From NCBI RefSeq assembly GCF_000150275.1, contig NW_002060946.1, positions 4,855,454 to 4,919,453 of the forward strand: a stretch of DNA of 64,000 nucleotides, read 5' to 3'. The position numbers and the translations under genes were made by a program. Source of the stretch: Trichoplax adhaerens (taxonomy: Eukaryota; Animalia; Placozoa). Position 1 is the stretch's first letter. Each line of letters starts with the position of its first letter. Shown piece after piece: positions 52,968 through 64,000 of this stretch. Under the pieces are notes generated by a model. The model ran no database searches. It was not told the origin of the DNA and saw only the letters and a list, made by a program, of their open reading frames with translations.

Positions 52968-53460
52968 CTGCAATACCGAATCTATCGTTATGGAAAGAAA
53001 ATCAAGCTAAGAGGAAGGGGAAAAAAAATAAGCAGCGCTAACCTAATAGGCCAAGTCAAGGTGACTGGATTTCAAGACTTTCCTTTGCAAATGGCTGTAA
53101 GTCAATGTTAGACTGTGAAAAAAAATATCTTGCCAAAGAAAAGTTGGAATAGGTCCAGTGAAAATTTGCTTGTTAATAGCTTTCCTTGTCGAATTATCAG
53201 TAGTACCGACTTTGGTAGTCTTTACGCGATGCTATCCACGGCCAAAATGTGTGAAAAAATTGCAAGTCGGCAAGCAACGCAAGACCCCTGTAATAAGACG
53301 ACGAGCTAATGGTCAATTGCTAGCATCACAAGGCAATTTGGCTGGGTGGACGGTAAAACAGCTTACCAGTATGGTATGACGTAGGCGGTAGGTTGGAGTT
53401 TTGACGCCTGCAGGAGCGTAATGTCGATTTGCAGACGATCAAGGCAGCGCCCAATGTTGA
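52968..53460 (-). promoter_or_regulatory. Putative DLG5 promoter and non-coding first exon
   Basis: GC/CpG-richer patch at about 53100-53460 followed on the minus strand by a consensus donor CAG|GTAAGT at 52968/52967. A matching acceptor TTCTAG| lies at 44578, upstream of the DLG5 ATG. Confidence 0.35.
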
Positions 53461-55399
53461 TATATTACATGCAATTAAATCCCTTCAATAGCTCTCACTT
53501 GCCAATAGAATAGCTTTTAGCTAATATAATATCACCAAGGGGAAAGATTACCGAAAAAAATTGGGTCTGAGTTGAATGGAAAGAATAGAAAAAAACTACT
53601 TGTATTGGGAGGCTGTTGTTACCATTGATTTTTTATTCTTTCCTTATTGCATTGGAAGACATGGGAATAAAAGGTGGATGAAACCTTTTATATCCTTGAA
53701 CGGCACGGATAATAATCTTTCAATATCCTACTAGTATTGAATGATTGTATCCAACCTAATTTTCAATGGAAAGTAAGAATAATAATCAACGCAATTAACG
53801 ATTATTATTCTTGATACATTTGTATGACTCAATTTTGAATAGGAGAAAAGAAAATAATAATTGACCGAGTCAAGATGAAGTCATCTTATGCGCTCTTGCC
53901 TATAACAACCATATCGTTATGAGTTTAATCAATTCTACGCTTTGATTAATAATATAATTTATCCTTTACAATATACCAGTTGGGCATGTATTATCATGGC
54001 TATGATTGCTCCATCATCAATTAGATCAACCTTTGAACTATTTTATAATTCGCTATTTCCCATTCCTCTCACCCCCTGCTGCAATCAACTTTCAATGAAA
54101 TAATATTATGACGATTGCATCTTTTGCAAAAGTAGTCAACCAATAGAAGATATGGCCAGGCTATCATGTCCACAGGTTATATTGCCTTCAGCATGTTGCT
54201 CGACGGTTGAGCAATATCAGCTAAAAATGTTGTAAAATTGCTTTTAATTCATTCCATGATTGAATTCTGGGTATAGAATAGAATCATCCTTTCCAGTAAT
54301 CCATGTTCTATTGAGACTAATGGAATCAATGGAGAGATGAAATAAATTCAATTTAATTTCATCATGAGTACTATTGTAGGCCAAATAAGTTATCCGATTC
54401 TCCACGCCATTTGTTAATTTAATTTAACTGCTTAACTATTGCCGCGTGTATCTTATCCATTTATTTACAGTGCATACGAAAGCACCGTCAAATGGAGGGG
54501 CGTTTATATAGGCAGTATTTGCAGAAATCCTTATGGCGTAAACCGTACCCGTACATACAGTATAGTAGATCAGCTTTTTATTCTATTTCCAGTTAATATC
54601 TTATAGAAAATAAAATCCTCTTTCCTTTACGATGAAGAAGAATGCGTTCGGGAATAATGACAATATGATATATTACATAAAATAAAATCATCTTTCATTT
54701 ACTATGGAGAAGAACGCATCAACAGCCAAAAAGCTGAGCAATTTCCAATGGTAGTGAATGCAAATAGTGTCATATATCTGAATCTTAAACTTGGTTAATG
54801 TTAGTAGAGTTACATCGTTCATAAGCCGCTAAAATCAATTAGCGCGTTTATTAGAATTATTATTTAAATTTTAGAAAAGCAAAATAAGCAAGCAATGGCA
54901 TCGGATGATTTAATTTTCATAGAAAAAACGTCTTTTTCGCATATACATACGCTACAGTAGTTGGAAGAAAGATAATTGATTGATTTAATTACTCATGTAT
55001 GCATAATTTAAAGCTATGCTTCTCTATTTTGATATCCTATATTAAAAAGGCTCGAAAATTACTGGGAATGAAATTATGTAGATTAGAAGTAAACGTTTGC
55101 AATACTCCTGATAGGCCATAATCAGAGTGGAATATGCTAGGTTCAAGTTGATTAAATTATGCGCGTATGCTGTAGCTATCAGAATCCCGTAAGAAGAAAC
55201 GCTAACATGAACAACAACTGCGGCAATCTCTTTATTTTATATGCCATGCTGGTATAGCTTAGGAATAAATAGAAAAATGTTAATGATGAAGTAACTTCAT
55301 TTTCGAGAATCACTAAGGACTATGCATGTGCATTGCTCAATATCACTCAAAAGAAATCAAAATGATCTACACGTCTTTCCACTGAAGTCTATGAGATTC

Positions 55400-55810
55400 T
55401 AAAATTGATGCTATTCCGAGGCTACAAAAGTCTTTAAATCTATCGCGTAAATTGATCCAATCTTAGAACTTTATAAAGAAGATTCATTAATTGGCTACGC
55501 ATATATGGTTCAAAGAAAAATTTAATATATTGCTCGTATTCCTTTAAAATTAATGTTGTTCAAAGGTTGCAAAAGTTTACAGGCCTAGAGGAGTCATTGC
55601 CTGCTTAAGGATATATCATTCAAAGAAAAATATAAGTTTATTTCTAGTGTTACTTTAAATTAATGTTGTTTTAAGGTTATAAAAGCCAACAAATCTATCG
55701 CGTGAAGCGATATTAATGATAAAACTTTAGAAAGAAGGGTCATTGCTTGCTTACGCGTATATCATCCGAAGGAAAACCTAATTTGTTTCTAGTGTTGCTT
55801 TAACATCTAA
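55400..55810. repeat. Degenerate three-copy tandem repeat (unit about 110-145 bp)
   Basis: Recurring blocks AAATCTATCGCGT, GTCATTGCYTGCTTA, TATATCATYCRAAGRAAA, TTTCTAGTGTTRCTTTAA and TTAATGTTGTT; the middle copy has an internal deletion. Confidence 0.8.
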
Positions 55811-58800
55811 TATTAAAAATCCCCAAAACTGTATATAAGAAAAAATATCTGTAAGAAGTAAATTTTACAAAACTAGGTCAGGGGATTCTCACTTAATTAA
55901 TCTGAGGGGACACAAGCATAAAAAGAAAGCAGTAGACAAAAACGTCTTCTTCAGAGGATTCTACAGCGAAAGCTTTTGCAATCAATATAGGTATCAGATA
56001 GACCCTATGCTCGTAATTAGGAATTTTATAAAACAGAGTAATATCAGAAGGCAGAATTCCTACTGATAGTTGTTTTTGCGCGTTTAAATTAAAAAAAATA
56101 ATGAAATAATTTCCATATTTACTGAAACTGTGCTGCAAAATAGATTTTTATTAAATAGAGGGAGCTCAGGACTTGAAATTAGCAGAAACTATTAACAGTA
56201 CAATGTCAAATCATTAGCGATCTATAAAGCTTCTAAAAGTATGACTGAATAAAACCTAAAGTTGCAAGACTTTGGGAAATTCTGCACATTATGTACGCGA
56301 ATTTTATCTACATAACAAGAGAACTGCCTTCAGTTTATTCTGGCCGCGGAATAGTCTACACTATACACCATACTGTAAAGATACAGGAATGTAGCACCTA
56401 TGTACCCCAATAAATTGTTTTCATCCATTAAAAGACAAGCAAAACAGTTAATTTTAATTTGTATTTTTCACCGCCTTGATTGAGACGAATAACGAAATCA
56501 ATTTGAATAAAGACCATCACGAATTAGATGAATTCTACTGGATTTTTATTGTGATGAAAAAATAAATTATTATGATGTACGTCATTTCCTCCTTGCAGGT
56601 GGTTGGCCAAATGATAGATCAACAATAAGCGTGCCTTTTCTCTTATTCATTTTTCTCCTTTACTGCCATTCAATATCCTATTTCAAAAGGCGATTTTTAA
56701 TGCTATATAAGCGTAAGCTTTACACTCAATTGAATTGTATGTAGCATAATGAATTGGATTGAATAGCACGCTAGGATAGCTACATCTGGAGGCGACTGTC
56801 ATCATAAGTAATAAAACGAATTGTGTTTATTCTACAGGCTTAAATTAAGTCTAGGTTAAGACGAATTATTCTATGGACAACCTTTTATAGGATGGCTATA
56901 CGCCATTATACACCTGTAGATCGAGTAGACAAACAGTCAATAAACTTTAAATTGAGGACGTAGATTTATTGTTATACCCGGTGGTAGTTGAATGTACGAA
57001 TGAACTATCAAACTTCTTCTACAATTCGTATAACCTACACGATATTTTTCCAAGCCCAGTCCCATCCCTGATGGGTATTAATGTTCTTATCTAAAATCCT
57101 CTATATTTGCCAAGATAGTCACTGCTTTAGTAGAGACATTGTAGACAGCAGTAGAACATAAATAAAAAAGTGAACTTGAATCTATTTTATTTTAATACCC
57201 AAGAAGAAAATACCTAGTAGAATGGACAGTTATAAGCAGGCATACAGCCAAGGATAACTAACGGTATCTGACAATTTAGTATCACTAGATTGTGAAGATC
57301 ATTAATGTCGTGAATGACCTATGATAGCAATTAAATAATACTAAATAAAACTTGGCCCAAGATCAGCATGACTAATTTCGATTATCCGTGATAGTAGAAC
57401 TTGAAAGCTTCTACGCTACCTGATCTTTTTTTCAAACTTCTTCTTCATGCTGGGACTCTTATAATATTATACCAATGTTGTAGATTACAAATTTACAGTA
57501 TGATAACGACAATCTGAAAAAAGGAATTCGTGGGCGCTAAAAAATGAGTCTTAAGAGGTTTCTTTTCGATATCTTTTTGACTAATTTCGTCGACATGGTG
57601 GCTGCACATGACTTAGCTAGCCTACTCCAGTCTTAATCTTTAAAACTTGCATTCACAACTTCGAGCCAATAGCCTACATAATTCAATTGAATAGAACTTG
57701 ATTGAAAAATACAAAATATGATATTTTAGAAGAAATTGGAAATATAATCGTAGCACTTTCCCCTTTAGAAAGAGTAAAATAACAGTGTTTTTAATCTGCT
57801 ACCAATATCAATCACTAGCAGAGTATAATTTCTATTATATCTTGTTAATCCTCTTAGAGTTTGACGTAAAATAAAAAATTTTCCTATGGATTAATTTAAA
57901 CATCACAGTATAGCTATGATCTAAGTAAGCAAATGGCATACACATATGCATGTATATACCCCATGCATGCGAAAAATAGTTCATTGGATGATTTTAAAAT
58001 AACAAAATTTCTTTCTAAGGGTAAAATGTTATTGTATAAAGCAATATTGATTTTAATGAAAAAAATAAGTTTTAACTTTTAAAATTAATGATCTCATCAA
58101 TTGTTATAATGAAAATTAATTACCCAAGTACCAACTATAGATAGTAATATTAACCTTTTCCAGAAGCACAGTAGTTGAAATAATAGATCATTTATTAATA
58201 TATAAATGATAACTTAAAATCTTTTTCATAATCTTAGGCAGAGAATACACGATTGCCTCAAGTATGAATATATCCAAATTTTTAATAATTACAAGTATTA
58301 CAGTATTAGTAACTGTAATCTAATGATCGTCAGTGTCACTAATCAACGGGGGAAAATTTTTTAGCGTAATTAATCCCTACGTCAATATTTCATGCAAATG
58401 ATTATTTTTCTGCGATCATTTTAAATAAAAAAGTTATAAGCATAACTGATCATATCGTTAAGTGACTTTCATTAATCACGTAAGATATTCAGAGAATTTG
58501 CTACTGCTACTGCTGCTGGTAATACCTAAATAGAGACAAAGATGCATTTGCATATCTACTATTTATTTTAAAAATATGGAAGAGTGATTGATAGATCTCA
58601 TAATATTTATCCAATCGTTATCATAAATGTCTTTGATATTACGTTAGAATTCATACGAATTTTCTCTAATTACAGTCATAGTTTATCCATTTAGTCCAAT
58701 TTTGTAGTATCATTTTCTGCATGACTATTACATACGATTAGATATAAAAAATCGACATGTAGATACATGTGTTAAAATTGTACTCGCATAGTACTAATAT

Positions 58801-60616
58801 GGTACGAGAGTTAATCCTTCGTATACTTCTGCATTTTGTGTACATATAGGATAATTAACAACGTTGAATTAGTACGCTAGCTCTTGACGTAGGATATTTG
58901 ATGCTTCAAAAACCAAGATTGTCAATAATCCTTTGATTCATACCTTCGCCAATTATAAATTAAAGGTTTTCGCAATTCTAATGTTAAATAAAATTCTCCT
59001 CTTTAAAAATTATTATAACTCACGGTATTTAGATTGTTTAATTTTTCCTCGACTATGAAATTTTATCTATATCCATAGAATTTCTAATTATGTTTTCATA
59101 ATGACTATCATCACCGAAAAGTTGGTCGGTGTTGATATAATTTCGTAAGTCAGCAATTATTTTATAGTTTACGACTGATTCAAATTGATAGAAAATTGGG
59201 CTAATATAGTATATTCAATTTGCTTGAAATTTGATATTTTCTCTCGTGGCAACTATCGTATGATATTCACGATTGTTATCAGTATTGTAGATATACAGGT
59301 AAATTCTAGTAATCAAAACCCTCAAAATCTAGATGGACTTTGTTCATTTTGCCCCTTGTCTATAGGGTTACTAATCCATAACACTCGTTGTAATAATTTT
59401 ATAATACAGTAACTATGCAAAAATATTCTACTTCTTTTCGGCTGTTAATCGATTGAACTAAAGTATTCCATATATAATTCTTATGTAATTGAAATTTTTA
59501 AGCACTAATAATTTTTTGGTATTATTTTTTGTCGATAACTATTACTAGGCGATATACGAAATTTTTTCAAATCAATTTTTTATAATAATTGAACAGAAAA
59601 TTCTATCCCTCTTCTGCTTTTAATTGACCAAAATCGGGATATTTTGTACAGGCTTTCATTAAAATAAGATATATTTTAATTATTACATTTGCTGTAAATA
59701 CTTAGCTGTCCTTTAAATGTTATTCTAAAGCTTACCTGAATATTTCGTGAGATATATTAATTCTATTAGTATATTGATGTACGATCACTTCGTTAATGTA
59801 ATGCTTCTATCAAGTGAAAGAGTAGCTACTAAATCTATGGATTTGAGTTTTCTTCCGTTAGGAATACAAATAGAAGAAGTTGACCAATGTATTATAGATA
59901 TTAGTATCCGAAATTTTGAAATTATATTTATTTAACTCATACTTTCTTACTTTCCTCTTTAAAGGTATCATGTGATATTGTTATGCAATTAAAACCCGTT
60001 TAGATAATTAATTAAAGATTGACAGGAAAGTATACTTGTCCTTTATTCGAAGTAACGTTATGATGATTCGATTATCTATCAATTGAAAAATTTAGTTATA
60101 GATTGCATTTATAATTGCTATTTGCTAAAGATCAGCAGTAGCCCATTAATTTCATGATAGGAGTCTTAAAACAGTTTTTGGAGTCCTTGTGCTGTAAAAC
60201 GGTGTCTTTAATTAATTTTTATATTATGAATGCGTACTGACACGCAATAATCAGTCCCCAAATTTATCCCTGATATCATTCAAGCTAGAGAAATTCGAAC
60301 TGCATATACAAATTATAAATATTGCTGCATATGTATCAAGAGGTGATCAAATTTTTTATAATTATCCGCGAGTTAATGGACGTTCAATATTGTAAGTCTG
60401 CTCGATTCTTGTTCTATTTCCGACGCAAACAAGAAAACTGACTTTAAGATTTATATTATATATTACTATCGTCATTATATTTACTACACGGCAGCCTCCA
60501 TTATTCCATTATTCATCCAACTAATCAACAATGATGTAATATTTGAAAGATATAGAACTGTATGATACTGTACTTCATATATTATTTATATTTGATACTT
60601 AGTAGTAATTTGGTCG

Positions 60617-60930
60617 TTATGAATAATTAAGAATAGAACTTATCGTTGTTCTGTCTACTAGTTGATAACAAAGTTTTGATGTGTTGCCGTCTGTATTATC
60701 TTCCTTGACATAACAATATGGAGCAAATATAAATCTTGTTACTGTAAATGACGATATTATATAAACCGATAGCATACAATCAGTACTTTCAGTAAGATGT
60801 TTTGTTAAATACATAATGATCAGGAACGATGTTTGCTCAGTTGTTTGGTCAGCATCTGTTCGAAAATTGTGGAGCCCAATACTATTCGATCATCAGGTAA
60901 CTAACATCTTCAGCCATGCCCAACACTTTT
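60617..60930 (-). pseudogene. Possible decayed rhodopsin-class GPCR fragment
   Basis: A stop-to-stop frame of about 90 codons includes LSVYIISSFTVTRFI, resembling the TM3 end LSVWxxVAFTVERFI. The upstream frameshifted VLGMAEDVSYLM/YWAPQFSNRC resembles TM2/ECL1 and contains stops. Confidence 0.22.
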
Positions 60931-63667
60931 ATTATTCGGTTCTCATTTATTAAACTTGTCCTAAATATCGAAGTGTTTAATTCAAATTTTATTTCTAGTA
61001 TCAATATAACAAATTTATACTGTATTGATGCTATTTAGATTAAATGTATCTTACATAGTAACTTGGTATATTTCATAAAGGGCTATAATCAACGTTTTAT
61101 GACGCTGTAATAACTTTAGATTACCAGTAAGTACGAGTAGAATGTTATATTTAACGGAATAAAGTAACATTTTTTAAATAAAAATACAATTAAATTAGTT
61201 TTCGATTGATAATTATATTAATAATACAGAAGACCTAATTACAATTTTACTTGTCCTCGAACTTATTTGAAAAAGTCCTTAAGAGAAATTTTTTTCTTGA
61301 AAGAATGTATAAATTTAATTAATAAATTTAATTAATGTCTGTAATTATAATTAGAATAAACATACCACTTTACAGGCCTTTCAGTAAGTTACACTTTCCA
61401 GGAAATACAAATACAGTTTAGAGTTATATTTAAATTAGGCTATTGTCATCCAAATGCATTCCTTTTATCTAAAAATAAGACACCAATAAATCTATATAAA
61501 ACTATTTCGTTGGCTTTGAGCCTAATTGTTCATTTCCAGTTCTTGCAACGTGAGTCACTTCTATTTCTAAGTAAGTATGCTTTAGTATCTGCATTCTGCT
61601 AACTCATCAATTATTTACTAAGTAATTAATTAATCGAAATTATAACTCTGTACGATATAAGTTACTAATAAGAAATTAGTAAAGAACAACTATGTGACGT
61701 AATATTTGTGTAACACGGACATAAAGTTTAAATATAGTTCGGAAATATTGGTCATATCAACAAGAAGAATTAATTACTGATTCTTGTTCTCAACAGAATA
61801 CGATTAGGCGTAACAAGTCTCTATTAACAGAAGCAAGTTTAAACTTTTATAAACTTCTGACAAGAGATTTCATTCATCACTAAACAAATAGTCGTTCTTA
61901 CTGAGATCAAATTTGTAGCCACTTGTTCACGGAATTTCCTATCACATAATTTCCACATAGTCGAGCTGTAATTATTTACTATCTGTAATTCATTTGGTTC
62001 AAAAGATTTATAATTATTCGATGAAAAATATAGTATACTCGCTTAGAAATGAAAGCATTAAAAACATTGATAAAAGCATATAAATGCCTCTTCAGCCCTA
62101 CAAATTTAGCTTACCGTTATACGAACAAAAGTATTAGCTACATAAATTAAAATGAAAGTTTACAGCTGCAGGTAGTTTTGGATTTATGTTAAAATAATTC
62201 AATTAATCACAAATTTCAGCCATGGAATAATAAATAGAATCTCTGCCATCCTTTCAATTTGTGTTCAGAACGCACAATTTTTGCAAAAACTTCAAATTCA
62301 TCGAATCTATTTATAAACTTAATTTCGGGAGTACTCAAAACTTGAAGCTAGTTTCTGTTTATTAATGTAAGCAATACTTAAATGTAGCGATGCTACAACG
62401 GTCCAGCTTAAAGATCCTTCTTAAGAACCAATCTTTAAAGCCAGTATTCTTTACTTTCCAAGTAACTAAGTTGCACAATTATACATTATATTACGCGCAT
62501 GACAGATACGCTGACTGATATGTTTTAATATTGTAGAGAAAGAGCAAACTAATTTGTACACTCTGTTCAAATCCTGTAGTCTATACAATATCAACTAGAG
62601 TTAATTCTACTTTACTGCTTTAAGGATTATAAAATATTAATTGCTGAAATAACTGAAGGTGCCACATATTTATTGTAGCTATTTCTTTCAGAATAGAATT
62701 TCGGCTTATCTAAATAAAACGTGAAATACTTTTATAAAATGACCGCAATAATATTAATGTGTTACATGTTTCAAAATAGTAATGAGTAAAATGAGCGTTA
62801 TTCTATCAGCTGGCGATAAAACTCATGTTAATTTTATTATTCGTTCGATTACAAGTACTGTAATAGTTTTCCGATGAAAATTGCGACTAATTTTTAACAT
62901 TATGACTTGAAACGAACGCTGAGTTAATAATATAGTACGTTTTTACCAACATGATCAGATCCGTTCAATTACAAACAAACACAACATTACAAACAAGAGT
63001 GTTAAAATAGCCATAATAGGAGCAATTATAATTATAAGATAAAAAAATTCAAGTTAGTATAATATTAGAAACAACACATCTCTAAATAGATAGACATCAT
63101 TAAGAAAAATTGTGATGATACCTCTTCAAAATAACTATATAAAGCTGATGCTGTCTATCACTGTACCAATAAAGTATTAGATGAATATTTAATATTTAAT
63201 ATCCCTTGGGAAAAAATTTAATGTGATTACGTACTTGCTTATTTAAGTAGGTTGAGAATATCATTCCTAAACAACACATACACTAAAAAATATTGCCTTT
63301 TTATGGCATTAGCAGAAGAAATGGCGAAGGTATCTATACCAGTTAAATATCTCTCCTATACTGATGGCCTCTTAACTCTATCATGTACTGTTGGTATTAC
63401 GATTCTTAGACAAATAGTAATCAAGGTCTTATAGATATATCGCAACATTAGCAACATCATCAGTATTAATATAAAAAAACATGAAGATTAAAATAAATCT
63501 AAGTCTTAGAAACCAAAATCTAGAACAATTATCATTATGTATTCACTACATAAACTACTACTTTAAATTTCGTTAACCGTCATACATTAAAATACTGTGT
63601 TAACTAATAACATATTACCAGTTATGCTGTGTAATGACAAATAGATCATGTTATTGAGGCTAAATTT

Positions 63668-64000
63668 CTAATTTCCGCCGTAGCCACTTTTAGCTGACTG
63701 TTGGCGAGCATAACCGTCGTATTTTCTTCGTTCAACGTCAGTTCTAATTTCATCTACCAAATCTATGTCTACGTCCTCATGCTGAAATTCAATTTCTTCA
63801 GATAAAATTTCGCCCGCTGCACTATTTCGTAATTCTTGCTCATCCAGATCCATTTGTTGCCGTAACTTGGCTAACATTTGATCTCTATCACTACTGCTGC
63901 CTGTGATGACAGTTTGCTTTGTTTGTACGATGTGACCTTCAGCCGTTACTACAGTATCTTTACTTCTTTTCAGTTTTTCAATTTCTTCCAGAGGTAATCT
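63668..64000 (-). CDS. C-terminal coding exon of an unidentified gene entering from the right edge (charged, partly helical or coiled-coil)
   Basis: The frame is open from 64000 to the TAG at 63668: RLPLEEIEKLKRSKDTVVTAEGHIVQTKQTVITGSSSDRDQMLAKLRQQMDLDEQELRNSAAGEILSEEIEFQHEDVDIDLVDEIRTDVERRKYDGYARQQSAKSGYGGN*. Coding-like composition; family not recognised. Confidence 0.7.
   Translation of the reverse strand, partial: RLPLEEIEKLKRSKDTVVTAEGHIVQTKQTVITGSSSDRDQMLAKLRQQMDLDEQELRNSAAGEILSEEIEFQHEDVDIDLVDEIRTDVERRKYDGYARQQSAKSGYGGN

Noticed and set aside
52960-52975. ACTTACCTG resembling the U1 snRNA 5' end
   Set aside because: No U1 stem-loops or Sm site follow; better read as a minus-strand splice donor.
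1-64000. CRISPR arrays, operons or prokaryotic defence systems
   Set aside because: The sequence is spliced animal DNA; there is no repeat-spacer array or bacterial-type gene cluster.

Overview
This is AT-rich eukaryotic genomic DNA (roughly one-third GC by eye) with short GT-AG introns and animal-type genes. The style fits an early-branching animal such as a placozoan (Trichoplax-like); that assignment is inference only. I assembled spliced gene models by hand with phase-consistent exons. (1) 5' part of a secreted M14B carboxypeptidase D-like gene, 1..490 (-). (2) About 14 kb of non-coding sequence. (3) A 7-exon IRF1/2-type interferon regulatory factor, 14367..18964 (+), 315 aa, with an atypical tryptophan cluster and an expanded intron 2 containing probable retroelement debris. 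(4) A 16-exon DDX21/DDX50 nucleolar helicase, 21159..26030 (-). (5) A 6-exon cyclophilin, 27486..31143 (-), with PPIF-type exon sizes and a 60-codon open, basic in-frame leader. (6) A 14-exon DLG5 MAGUK, 34918..44288 (-), 2221 aa, with a 4.9-kb first coding exon and a GC-AG intron. (7) About 19 kb of non-coding sequence. (8) The C-terminus of an unidentified gene at the right edge. No rRNA, tRNA, CRISPR or intact transposon was seen. I found no demonstrably new biological system. The best leads are the unusual IRF, a possibly dual-targeted CypA/CypD gene, ancient DDX21-PPIF-DLG5 linkage, and two unexplained short palindromic motif families (CATGGACTACT...AGTAGTCCATG and TACAGTA/TACTGTA islands).
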